A DNA stretch of 61,623 nucleotides, taken from Chloroflexota bacterium. Lineage in GTDB: Bacteria > Chloroflexota > UBA11872. The notes beneath the pieces were generated by a model, which was given only the letters and a program-made list of their open reading frames with translations, did no database searches and had not been told where the DNA came from. Location of the stretch: assembly GCA_028874315.1 (NCBI GenBank), contig JAPPKM010000170.1:1-61623 (forward strand). Reading direction: 5' to 3'. Positions 1 through 8,218 of this stretch are shown piece after piece. A program made the translations under genes and the position numbers. The stretch's first letter is position 1; every line of letters begins with the position of its first letter.

Positions 1-406
1 TGTGTCCGGGCCGCGGGACGGCGATGATCTGCGCCGCCGCCAGGATCCGGTCGGCCTCCCGCCACGCCGGAAGTTCTGCCACGGCATCGGCCCCAAGGAT
101 GAGAAAGAGATCGGCGCGCGGGTGCTGGCCGGCCAGACGCGTCAGCGTGTCGATCATGTATGACGGTCCGGGCCGGTCGATGTCGATGGCCGAAGCCTCG
201 AAGCCCGGCATCCCGTCGATGGCTCGTCGAACCATGGCCAGCCGGTCTCGCGCCGAGGCCTGCGGCGGGTCGCGGAGCGGCGATTGGCGCGCCGGGATGA
301 AGAGGATACGGCTCAGGTCATAGGCTTCGCGTACGCTGCGCGCCACAGCCAGATGCCCGCAATGAACCGGGTCAAACGTGCCGCCGTAGACGCCGAGACG
401 ATCCAT
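1..406 (-). CDS. nadD: nicotinate-nucleotide adenylyltransferase (3' end cut by window edge)
   Basis: Own translation of the minus strand from ATG at 406: MDRLGVYGGTFDPVHCGHLAVARSV...LILGADA; GGTFDP.H.GH nucleotidyltransferase motif. Absent from the ORF track because it runs off the window. Confidence 0.85.
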   Translation of the reverse strand, partial: MDRLGVYGGTFDPVHCGHLAVARSVREAYDLSRILFIPARQSPLRDPPQASARDRLAMVRRAIDGMPGFEASAIDIDRPGPSYMIDTLTRLAGQHPRADLFLILGADAVAELPAWREADRILAAAQIIAVPRPGH

Positions 407-407
407 G

Positions 408-1433
408 TCAGGCGGCGCGCAGCGTCTGCGAACGACCTGAGGCCGCGCCAGCCAGTACCGCGCGAGTCAGCGCAACCGCCCTGGCGCCGTCAGCCGCGCC
501 GGGGACCGACACGCCGCCGGGATCGGCGTCGACAAAGGCCAGGACGAGGTCGGCAAGCGCCTGGCTATCGGGCTCGGCTCGAGCCATCCAGGCGCGGCCC
601 TCACGTTCCAGCGTGAGGCCGGATAGCCGCGGCGGATCTACTGAGCGGCCGTCAAGCGGCAGTATCTCGGCGGCGGTCCAGTCGGACCAGACCCGTATGC
701 GGGTTTTGCCATCGGTCAGATCCAGCACCACGGACCCGAACTTCGGATCGGCGCCCCCGCCGGCCGCCGTGAGCGCGGCATGTCGCTCGCGGTCGAAGTA
801 CAGCTCGGCCGCCAGCGCGTCCGCGCGCGGAGGCACCACAGCGGTCGCCGGACCCTGCGTCGGATCGGGCAGCGGCCCACCGTCGGCCACGATCTCCGCC
901 GGCTCCCCGCCGAACAGGTGCATCAGCAAGTCCAGCGCGTGGTGGGGTGTCGTCCAGGCGGTGTCGCGAACGGACAGCGGCGCTTGCGGCGGACCCGCGT
1001 CAACGGCCGTGACCAGGTGGGCAAACCGTGGCTTCGGCACAACCGCGCGCAGCAGCCGCACCAGTGGCTGAAAGCGCCACTCGAACGCCACGCCAACGCG
1101 TCCGGGTAGGCCCTCGGCGGTGCGGGCCGTGCGGCGAGCCTCCACGACGCCGCGGGCCAGCGGAGGGTCCACCAGAACGTGAATGCCCGCCTGCGTGGCG
1201 GATTGCAAGGTGGCTGCGTCCAGGCACGGGGTGGCCATGATGAGGGTGTTGAGCGCCTGATCGGCCCAACTGGCGACCGCCTGGCCGCCGAATTCGCCAG
1301 CCAAGGCCTGGGCGGCCGCCAGGTCTTCGTCAACGCAGGCGATCATCTCCGCGGCGTCAAGGGATGCCACGGCGGCGGCGAAGGCACGGCCGCGGGCGCC
1401 GCAACCCATGATCCCGATACGGTGCGCGGACAT
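408..1433 (-). CDS. Gfo/Idh/MocA-family NAD(P)-dependent oxidoreductase
   Basis: Internal start MSAHRIGIMGCGARGRAF (Rossmann GxGxxG at the N-terminus). The track ORF extends to 1571, but that extension is Arg/Ala-rich and unlike the family. Confidence 0.7.
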   Translation of the reverse strand: MSAHRIGIMGCGARGRAFAAAVASLDAAEMIACVDEDLAAAQALAGEFGGQAVASWADQALNTLIMATPCLDAATLQSATQAGIHVLVDPPLARGVVEARRTARTAEGLPGRVGVAFEWRFQPLVRLLRAVVPKPRFAHLVTAVDAGPPQAPLSVRDTAWTTPHHALDLLMHLFGGEPAEIVADGGPLPDPTQGPATAVVPPRADALAAELYFDRERHAALTAAGGGADPKFGSVVLDLTDGKTRIRVWSDWTAAEILPLDGRSVDPPRLSGLTLEREGRAWMARAEPDSQALADLVLAFVDADPGGVSVPGAADGARAVALTRAVLAGAASGRSQTLRAA

Positions 1434-1519
1434 GGAATGAATCTGCGCAGGCGCGCGCGCCGCGTCAACCCGCCTCGCGCGGGTTAGGATGCCGGCAGTC
1501 CGACACGCGGAGAGACCTG

Positions 1520-2326
1520 ATGGCAGAACTGCATCCCCACCTTGACGGCTGGGCGCTGGTGCTTGGCGCATCCAGCGGATTCGGGGCCGCGGCGGCCCGC
1601 TACCTGGCCACCTGCGGGATGAACGTGGCGGGTGTGCACTTCGACCGGCGTAATACCCAGCATCTCGCGGACGCGGTGCAACAGGACATCGAGGCTCTAG
1701 GCCGCCAGGCGCGCTTTTTCAACGTCAACGCCGGCAGCCCGGCCGCGCGAACCAAGGTGCTGGACTCGATCAGCGAGGACGTGCAGGGCGGCGAGCCGCC
1801 GATCCGCGTGCTGCTGCATTCCATCGCCTTTGGCACGACCGTGCCCTATGTGGGCAGCGACGACACGCCTGGCGTAACCCCCAAGCAGATGGACATGACG
1901 CTGGACCTGATGGCCCACACGCTCGTCTATTGGTCGCAGGACCTGGTCGAGCGCGGCCTGATGCGCACGGGCTCGCGCATCTACGCCATGACCAGCGCGG
2001 GCACCTCCACGATCTGGCCCAGTTACGGCCCCGTGGGCGCGGCCAAGGCCGGCCTGGAGCAGCACATCCGGCAACTGGCGGTGGAGCTGGCGCCGCAGGG
2101 CATTTCCGCCAACGCCATCCGCGCGGGCGTCACCGACACGCCCGCCTTACGCAAGATTCCCGGCAACCAGACCATGGTCGATCAGGCCCGGCGCATGAAT
2201 CCGGCCGGACGGATCACCACCACCGACGACGTGGCCCGCGCCATCGCGGCCCTCACCGTGGCCGATGCCGCCTGGATCACCGGCAACGTCATCGGTGTCG
2301 ACGGCGGCGAAAACCTGGTGATGTAG
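1520..2326 (+). CDS. short-chain dehydrogenase/reductase (SDR) family oxidoreductase
   Basis: 268 aa; N-terminal ALVLGASSGFGAAAA dinucleotide-binding motif, SDR length, C-terminal GNVIGVDGG. Confidence 0.75.
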   Translation: MAELHPHLDGWALVLGASSGFGAAAARYLATCGMNVAGVHFDRRNTQHLADAVQQDIEALGRQARFFNVNAGSPAARTKVLDSISEDVQGGEPPIRVLLHSIAFGTTVPYVGSDDTPGVTPKQMDMTLDLMAHTLVYWSQDLVERGLMRTGSRIYAMTSAGTSTIWPSYGPVGAAKAGLEQHIRQLAVELAPQGISANAIRAGVTDTPALRKIPGNQTMVDQARRMNPAGRITTTDDVARAIAALTVADAAWITGNVIGVDGGENLVM

Positions 2327-2390
2327 CTGCGACCGAAAGCAATCGCCCGGCAGGGCGTAGCCTAGAGGTCCGAGAGGACGCACGTCCGCT

Positions 2391-2795
2391 TCACGAAACG
2401 TCGGGCAAGGTCAGCACCTGGCACCGAAGGCCAGTCGCGCGACAGAGCTTGAGGTCCAGCGTGGCCAACGGACAGTCCAGCGCCTCCGCGAGCGCGACGT
2501 ACCAAGCGTCGTAGCTCGTTAGATTCTCCCGAAGCGCCCAGATTCGCTCGGCGAACGGGGCAAACGGAAACAACTCCATATCAAGTTCCAGCAAGTCGAC
2601 GTATGCAAAGGCAGCCTCAAAGCGCGAAAGCTGTCCCGCCTGCTCATGGCGTCGTAGAACATTGCAGGCCTCCGCCAACGCCAGTTCCGGGCCAGCCAGG
2701 GCGCCATCGGCCAGCGTCGCTTCCGCCCACTGACCAGTGCGGCCTGAGTTAATCAGGGCCGCGACAAGCACGGAGGCGTCGACGACCAGCGTCAA
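2391..2795 (-). CDS. vapC: PIN-domain type II toxin (VapC family)
   Basis: 134 aa; MTLVVDASVLVAAL with the catalytic Asp at position 6; 4-nt overlap with the upstream small antitoxin ORF. Confidence 0.8.
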   Translation of the reverse strand: MTLVVDASVLVAALINSGRTGQWAEATLADGALAGPELALAEACNVLRRHEQAGQLSRFEAAFAYVDLLELDMELFPFAPFAERIWALRENLTSYDAWYVALAEALDCPLATLDLKLCRATGLRCQVLTLPDVS

Positions 2796-3028
2796 GTGCG
2801 GTCGGCGTCACGCGCCCGCAAGATGTCCGAAGAACTCACGTGCGTTTGCGTGAGGGCTTTTCGACTCCGAACTTTCGCCAGCCACGCATCGACCGTGGGG
2901 CGCGACGCAATACGTTCCAACTCGCCGCGCAGAAACTCCTGCATGGACTGGCGTTTCAGCGCGGCGCGCGCGGCGAGTTCGTCACGCACGGCCTCTGGGA
3001 CTCCGCGGATGGTGATCTGTACGGGCAT
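2792..3028 (-). CDS. vapB: ribbon-helix-helix antitoxin (VapB/FitA-like)
   Basis: Internal ATG at 3028 gives 78 aa, MPVQITIRGVPEAVRDELAARAALKRQSMQEFLR (Arc/MetJ-like beta-strand plus helices). It overlaps the vapC start. Confidence 0.7.
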   Translation of the reverse strand: MPVQITIRGVPEAVRDELAARAALKRQSMQEFLRGELERIASRPTVDAWLAKVRSRKALTQTHVSSSDILRARDADRT

Positions 3029-3460
3029 GCCTTCATAGTGCCAGCAACACCATCGTTTTGCAATACGGCCCAGTACCAAGCGAACGTACCTGCCGCCACC
3101 CTCGTCGGTAGTACGCTCGCTCCGCCAGTGTGCCTTTCGACTTGCCTTGGAGTCGGCGGGTTCGGAGACCTCAAATTGAGGCGCCATTGGATAGCCGTTG
3201 GGCAAACGCACTTCGCCGTTCCCGCCCCGACGCGCTACGCTTGCGCAGCTTCTGGCCACGGCCAATCAAGTGAGTCCGCCTATGTAACGTCCGGAGCGCG
3301 GGGATCGAGGATGAATCCTCGCGGGGCGCGCGCCCCCAACGTGCCGCCACGGCAGGTGCGGCGCAGGCGCCCAATGATGACGCGTGGCGATGGTTGATTC
3401 CCGGCGACGACGCGCGGGCACGGAATCCAACCCTTTCTCTCTACATGGAGATACGCAACG

Positions 3461-4876
3461 ATGTCGCTTCTCTGGACGCGCGACGCGCCCCGCTGGGCGC
3501 TGACGATTCGCGCGGCGACGGCCGTGCTGCTGGCGCTCACGGCCATCATGCTCATTCGCAACATGGTCTTCGCCCAGGCCGATCCGTCGGGCGAGGCCAC
3601 GCTCGAGGCCGACCCGACCGTTGGCCTCACCTTCGTATGGACGCTGCTTTCCGGCGCCCTGGTGTTCTTCATGCAGGCCGGCTTTGCCTTCCTGGGCGCC
3701 GGCCTCATCCGCGCCAAGAACACCGTCAACTACCTGACCAAGAACATGCTGGACTTCGCAGCGGGAGGCCTCTCGTTCTGGGCCTTCGGCTATGCCTTCA
3801 TGTTCGGCGGGTCGGGCGCATTTCCGGGTCTTGACCAGGGCAACGCCTTCATCGGCTACTCGGGGTTCTTCCTGGTCAACCAGGCCTACGACGTATCGAC
3901 CGCGATGTTCTGGTTCTTCCAGATGGTGTTCGCCGCCACCACGGCCACGATCGTGGCCGGCGCCGTGGCCGAGCGCACCAAGGTCACCGCCTACCTGGCC
4001 TACAGCTTCCTGGTTACCGCGCTGGTGTACCCGATCTACGGGCACTGGATGTGGGGCGGCGGCTGGCTGGGCGGCGAGCAGCTGGAAAGCTGGATCGGCG
4101 CCGCGGCGGTGGACTTCGCCGGTTCCGGCGTGGTCCACACCATCGGCGGCATGCTGGCCCTGGCCGGCGCTTACACCGTGGGCGCCCGCATGGGCAAGTA
4201 CGGACCGAACGGCGAGGTCCGCGTGCTCAAGGGCCACAACATGGTGTACGTGGTCATTGGGACGTTCATCCTGTTCTTCGGCTGGTTCGGCTTTAACGCC
4301 GGCAGCACCGTCAACGGCAACGACCCGCGCATCGCGGTCATCATTGCCAACACCTTCCTGGCCGGCGCCACCGGCGCGGTCACGGCCGCCTACATCCGGC
4401 TGGTGCAGCGCGGCAAGATCAGCGCGGCCGACACGGCCAACGGCTCGCTGGCCGGCCTCGTCGCCGTCACCGCCCCCTGCGCCTTCATCGCGCCCTGGGC
4501 CGCGGTGGTGGTTGGCGCGGTCGGCGCGATCGTCATGCTGGCCGGTGTGTGGTTCATCGACACCAAGTTGAAGATCGACGACCCGATTGGCGCCTCGTCG
4601 GTTCACGGCGTAGCCGGGGTCTGGGGCCTGCTGGCGGTCGGCATCTTTGCCGATGGCACGTACGGCGTCAGCGGCTTCGTTGCCGGCAACGGCGTCCAGT
4701 TTGTCGCGCAGTTGATCGCCGCCGTCGTGGCGGTCCTCTGGGCGCTGGGCACCGGACTCCTGCTCTTCCACGCGCTCAAGGCCACCATGGGCCTGCGCGC
4801 GTCACCCGAGGAGGAAATGAGCGGCCTCGATATGCCGGAACACGGCGAGGAGACGTATCCGGTCGAGGCTTCGTAG
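3461..4876 (+). CDS. amt: ammonium transporter (Amt family)
   Basis: 471 aa polytopic protein with FMQAGFAFLGAGLIRAKN, AVDFAGSGVVH and DDPIGASSVHGVAGVWG signatures; GGAGA RBS before the ATG. Confidence 0.9.
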   Translation: MSLLWTRDAPRWALTIRAATAVLLALTAIMLIRNMVFAQADPSGEATLEADPTVGLTFVWTLLSGALVFFMQAGFAFLGAGLIRAKNTVNYLTKNMLDFAAGGLSFWAFGYAFMFGGSGAFPGLDQGNAFIGYSGFFLVNQAYDVSTAMFWFFQMVFAATTATIVAGAVAERTKVTAYLAYSFLVTALVYPIYGHWMWGGGWLGGEQLESWIGAAAVDFAGSGVVHTIGGMLALAGAYTVGARMGKYGPNGEVRVLKGHNMVYVVIGTFILFFGWFGFNAGSTVNGNDPRIAVIIANTFLAGATGAVTAAYIRLVQRGKISAADTANGSLAGLVAVTAPCAFIAPWAAVVVGAVGAIVMLAGVWFIDTKLKIDDPIGASSVHGVAGVWGLLAVGIFADGTYGVSGFVAGNGVQFVAQLIAAVVAVLWALGTGLLLFHALKATMGLRASPEEEMSGLDMPEHGEETYPVEAS

Positions 4877-4883
4877 AGCCAGA

Positions 4884-4936
4884 TTGCCCGCTCGCAACGG
4901 GCAACACGAGGGGCCGCGGCAGTCGCCGCGGCCCCT
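4884..4936. terminator. two tandem hairpins between convergent amt and the FAD oxidase gene (likely bidirectional terminator)
   Basis: TTGCCCG-7 nt-CGGGCAA (4884-4904), then a perfect 12-bp stem AGGGGCCGCGGC-agtc-GCCGCGGCCCCT (4909-4936) followed by tgtcgatttt. Confidence 0.6.
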
Positions 4937-4955
4937 TGTCGATTTTCGGAGTGAC

Positions 4956-6335
4956 CTACGGATGGGCTTCGAGCGGCTCCGTCGGCCACATGGCCCCGGG
5001 GTTCATGATGTTGTCGGGATCAAAGGCCTGTTTGATGCGCCGCATGGCGGCGAGCGTGGGCGGGTCGTAGGCGCGATCGATGAACGGCTGCTTCACCCGA
5101 CCTAAACCGTGCTCGCCCGAGAGAATGCCGCCGGCGGCCAGCCCGGCGTCGGCCACGATGGGCAACAGGCCCAACGCACGGTCTCGCTCCTCCGGATCCG
5201 CCGGGTCATAGAGCATGTTGGGATGCAGCGTGCCGTCGGCCGCGTGTCCGAATATCGCCACCACCACGTCGGCGTCGTCCGCGGCCTGCTTGATGGCCGT
5301 GAACGTGGGCGCCAGTTGCGAGTACGGCACGCAGATGTCCTCGCCGATCTTGGCGGGCCGAATGCGTGCCAGCGAAGCGGTGATTCCGCGACGCGCCTCC
5401 CACCAGCGCTCGGCGCGGGCGGGATCCACGCTGTCGGTCCCCCCGCCGGCGGATCTGAGCAGGTCATCCAGCGCCACGCTCTCGTCCCGAACCTCGGCTG
5501 CTTCGCCGTCCAGTTCGACCAGCAGCAGCCCGCCCGCATCGCGCGGAAATCCCCAGGGCCTGGAGCGCTCAAGCGACTCGACGGTGATGTCGTCCAGGAA
5601 CTCAAGCTTGGCCGGGGTAATCCCACTCGCCATGATGGCCGCCACCACGCGAAGCGCGGATTCGCCATCGGGAAAGCTCGCCGCTCGCACGCTGCGATGC
5701 GACGGCAGCGGGCGCAGCTGCAGCGTGACTTCAGTGACGATGCCCAGCGTGCCCTCGGACCCAATGATCAAGTCGATCACCGCATCGTCCGCGCCGCGCC
5801 AGAGCGACAGCAGACCGTGACGCGGCGTGACCACCCGCAGACCGATGACGGCGTCACGGGTAACGCCGTACTTGAAGGCGTATGGACCCCCCGCGTTGGT
5901 GGCCACGTTGCCGCCAACCGTGGCGGCCGCCTCGGACGAGGGGTCGGGCGCATAGAAAAGGCCGCGCTCGGCGGCATAGTCTCGGAAGTCACGCGTCACG
6001 ACCCCGGGTTCCAGCGTGGCGCGGCGCCGTACCGAATCGAACCTGGCAATACGGCGCATTCGGTTCGTATCGATCACCAATGCCCCGTCCGGCGGCACCG
6101 CGGACGCCGACAGGCTGGTGGCGCCGCCGCGCGCCAGGCACGCAACGCCCCGAGCCGCGGCCGTCTCCAGTGCCTCGACGACGTGGGATTCCGTCTCGGC
6201 CATCAGCACGGCGGCCGGCGCTCCCCGGTAGCCCATGGTCGCGTCATAGCCATAGGCCACGAGTTGATCGGGATCCACCAGCACCTGCGGGGCGCCCGCA
6301 AGGCGCCGCAGTTCAGCGAACAAGGCGGAAGTCAC
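4956..6335 (-). CDS. FAD-binding oxidoreductase (GlcD/FAD-linked oxidase family)
   Basis: 459 aa; N-terminal FAD_binding_4-like region (ARGGATSLSASAVP, GSEGTLGIVTEVTLQL) and C-terminal GEHGLGRVK motif. Confidence 0.85.
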   Translation of the reverse strand: MTSALFAELRRLAGAPQVLVDPDQLVAYGYDATMGYRGAPAAVLMAETESHVVEALETAAARGVACLARGGATSLSASAVPPDGALVIDTNRMRRIARFDSVRRRATLEPGVVTRDFRDYAAERGLFYAPDPSSEAAATVGGNVATNAGGPYAFKYGVTRDAVIGLRVVTPRHGLLSLWRGADDAVIDLIIGSEGTLGIVTEVTLQLRPLPSHRSVRAASFPDGESALRVVAAIMASGITPAKLEFLDDITVESLERSRPWGFPRDAGGLLLVELDGEAAEVRDESVALDDLLRSAGGGTDSVDPARAERWWEARRGITASLARIRPAKIGEDICVPYSQLAPTFTAIKQAADDADVVVAIFGHAADGTLHPNMLYDPADPEERDRALGLLPIVADAGLAAGGILSGEHGLGRVKQPFIDRAYDPPTLAAMRRIKQAFDPDNIMNPGAMWPTEPLEAHP

Positions 6336-6356
6336 AGGAGCGCTTTCGAGTCCTCG

Positions 6357-7025
6357 ATGCCATGCTCGGGTGCGGCGTTCGCCGGCATGGTAGGCGGCCC
6401 TGTGCCGACGGTCAGCGGAAAGACACGGCAGCGTGCGGCGCCGAAGGATCTGGACCGGGGTGTTCGTATTTTGTACGGTATTTCTGTGAGTCGCCGTCGC
6501 ACCGTCCGCGAAATCCAGACGGCTGCCGCGTTGCTTCGGCGAGGCGGCGGTCGAGCTCCGTCAGACCCTATTCCCGACGCGGCGAACCTGGCGCGCACGG
6601 CCACGCGGCTGCGCGTCTACGAACGGCCGCTGCCGCTGGGAATCCGGGGACTGCTGGCCAGCACGCCTCACTATCAGCCTGCACTGGTCGTGAATGCCCG
6701 CCTGCCCGCCGTGGATCGAAACGTCAGCGCCGCCCACGAGCTGGGACACTGGATGCTCCACGGAGGATTGACGCCCGCCGATGCGTCGCGCAGCGAGCGG
6801 CAACGGCAGGAGTGGGAAGCCGAGCGCTTTGCGCTGGAACTGCTGCTGCCGGACGAACTTCTCCGGCGAGTCCTGGCGGAGCGTCGGTGCTCGGGAAAAG
6901 CCGCAGCGCTGCGGTTGGGTGTGCGTGGAAGCTACCTGTTGCGTCGAATTCGTGAGTTGAGTCTCGCCGATCAGCCCTTCTTGAGGAGGGGAAGCCCGGT
7001 GCGCGGGTTTTCCGACACGACGTAG
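6357..7025 (+). CDS. ImmA/IrrE-family zinc metallopeptidase (start uncertain: ATG 6357 or GTG 6486)
   Basis: HEXXH motif AAHELGHWMLH followed by EAERFALELLLPDELL, typical of ImmA/IrrE. Only the 3' third of track ORF 5109..7025 is accepted. Confidence 0.55.
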   Translation: MPCSGAAFAGMVGGPVPTVSGKTRQRAAPKDLDRGVRILYGISVSRRRTVREIQTAAALLRRGGGRAPSDPIPDAANLARTATRLRVYERPLPLGIRGLLASTPHYQPALVVNARLPAVDRNVSAAHELGHWMLHGGLTPADASRSERQRQEWEAERFALELLLPDELLRRVLAERRCSGKAAALRLGVRGSYLLRRIRELSLADQPFLRRGSPVRGFSDTT

Positions 7026-7171
7026 CCATCCGGCATGTCGTCAACGGCCCCCTCGCCGACTGTTTTGGCGAAGTAGTAAATGCGCTGCTGACGACCACCT
7101 CGCAACGTCACCACGCGCGAGTGGAGGTGGTACGTGTGCCCGGACTTCTTACTTATCACGCTATACGCCAC
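6971..7171 (-). CDS. small conserved hypothetical protein (66 aa)
   Basis: GTG at 7171 preceded by GGAGA (7-nt spacer). VAYSVISKKSGHTYHLHSRVVTLRGGRQQRIYYFAKTVGEGAVDDMPDGYVVSENPRTGLPLLKKG looks like a small-protein family I recall from other bacteria (not verified). Confidence 0.5.
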   Translation of the reverse strand: MAYSVISKKSGHTYHLHSRVVTLRGGRQQRIYYFAKTVGEGAVDDMPDGYVVSENPRTGLPLLKKG

Positions 7172-7408
7172 AGTTTCGTCTCCCCAGCTGGCCACAAAGC
7201 AGTCTGTGACACGAATGCGAAGGATACCGTCAAACGCGCGGAGCACAAAGCAACGCTCGCTCCATCGAAAGCGGGCTGATGCCCCACGGCCGGACCAGCA
7301 GGTTTGAACGTGGCTCGGACAAATCTGTCGGCCGGCTCCGTGCCCGGTCTTTCGCACGCGCCGGGGTTCGGTGAGACTGAACGCCACACCCTGCACCAGT
7401 GATGACCG

Positions 7409-8218
7409 TTGAGGCACAGGCCAGGACCGTGGACGCCGCTGCGGGCGTCGGACATTCAGGACCGGCTGCGCGCACGTGGACTCGAGGCGCCCGTGACAGT
7501 AACGAACGAGACCGGATCAACGCAGGACGACGCTATTGTCGGTCTGCAATCCGGCGCGCCGTACGGCACGGTCTACGCGACTGAGCACCAGACGCGGGGG
7601 CGCGGGCGCCGTGGCCGCGGTTGGCTCACAACACCCGGCGGACTGCTCTTTTCCGTCATCACGCGCGCCGATGCCGCGTCGCCGGGCGCGCCCGGAAGGC
7701 TGACCATCGCGGCCGTGGTGGGCGCAGCGCGAGCAATCCAGGCGTGTACCGGGGCATCGGCGTCCATCAAGTGGCCCAACGACCTGGTATTCGGCCAGGC
7801 CAAGGCGGGGGGCGTGTTGGTCGAGACTTTCGGGGACGCCGCGGTGATTGGCGTTGGGCTGAACGCCGCCAGCGGGGCCGGCATGGCCGACGGACAGGCC
7901 ACCACGGCTCTGGCCGCCCTTGCGACGCGGGCCTTCGACCGCAACGAGCTGCTGGCGGCCTGCGTCGTCCTGATCCTGGAGTGCCTCGCGGCCGAGGGCG
8001 ACGCGCGGGACGCGGTCCATGCGGAATGGGTTCGCCGGTCGATGCTCCTTGGGCTCCAGGTCGAGGTGAGCGGGACGCTCGGCGTGCGCGGCGTGGTTGA
8101 AGGGTTCGACCCCGACGGGACGCTGCGCCTGCGCGATGCGGGCGGCAACCTTCGCCAGATCAGCAGCGGCGAAGTCTCGTTGCGGGTTCTGACGGACGCT
8201 CAGCCGCACCGTCCATGA
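7409..8218 (+). CDS. birA: biotin--[acetyl-CoA-carboxylase] ligase
   Basis: GSTQDDA and ATEHQTRGRGRRGRGW (BirA GRGRxGRxW) motifs; TTG start is uncertain; the stop overlaps the next gene's start (ATGA). Confidence 0.8.
   Translation: MRHRPGPWTPLRASDIQDRLRARGLEAPVTVTNETGSTQDDAIVGLQSGAPYGTVYATEHQTRGRGRRGRGWLTTPGGLLFSVITRADAASPGAPGRLTIAAVVGAARAIQACTGASASIKWPNDLVFGQAKAGGVLVETFGDAAVIGVGLNAASGAGMADGQATTALAALATRAFDRNELLAACVVLILECLAAEGDARDAVHAEWVRRSMLLGLQVEVSGTLGVRGVVEGFDPDGTLRLRDAGGNLRQISSGEVSLRVLTDAQPHRP

Noticed and set aside
3029-3460. 432-nt region upstream of amt, examined for nitrogen-regulator (NtcA/GlnR-type) boxes and for a missing PII (glnK/glnB) gene.
   Set aside because: No convincing GTA-N8-TAC or GlnR-type box and no PII-like ORF was found. 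There is only a short hairpin (CGAGGAT-ga-ATCCTCG) with too small a loop to interpret.
3266-4771. 501-aa minus-strand ORF opposite the ammonium transporter.
   Set aside because: It is antisense to a gene with unambiguous Amt motifs. The product is a D/G/R/A-rich low-complexity sequence with no recognisable domain.
5109-6356. The 5' two-thirds of the 638-aa plus-strand track ORF (5109..7025), plus other long ORFs antisense to the FAD oxidase gene.
   Set aside because: It lies entirely antisense to a well-supported GlcD-like gene. The translation is Arg/Gly/Ala-rich and low-complexity, as is typical of spurious open frames in GC-rich DNA. Only the 3' ImmA-like part is credible.
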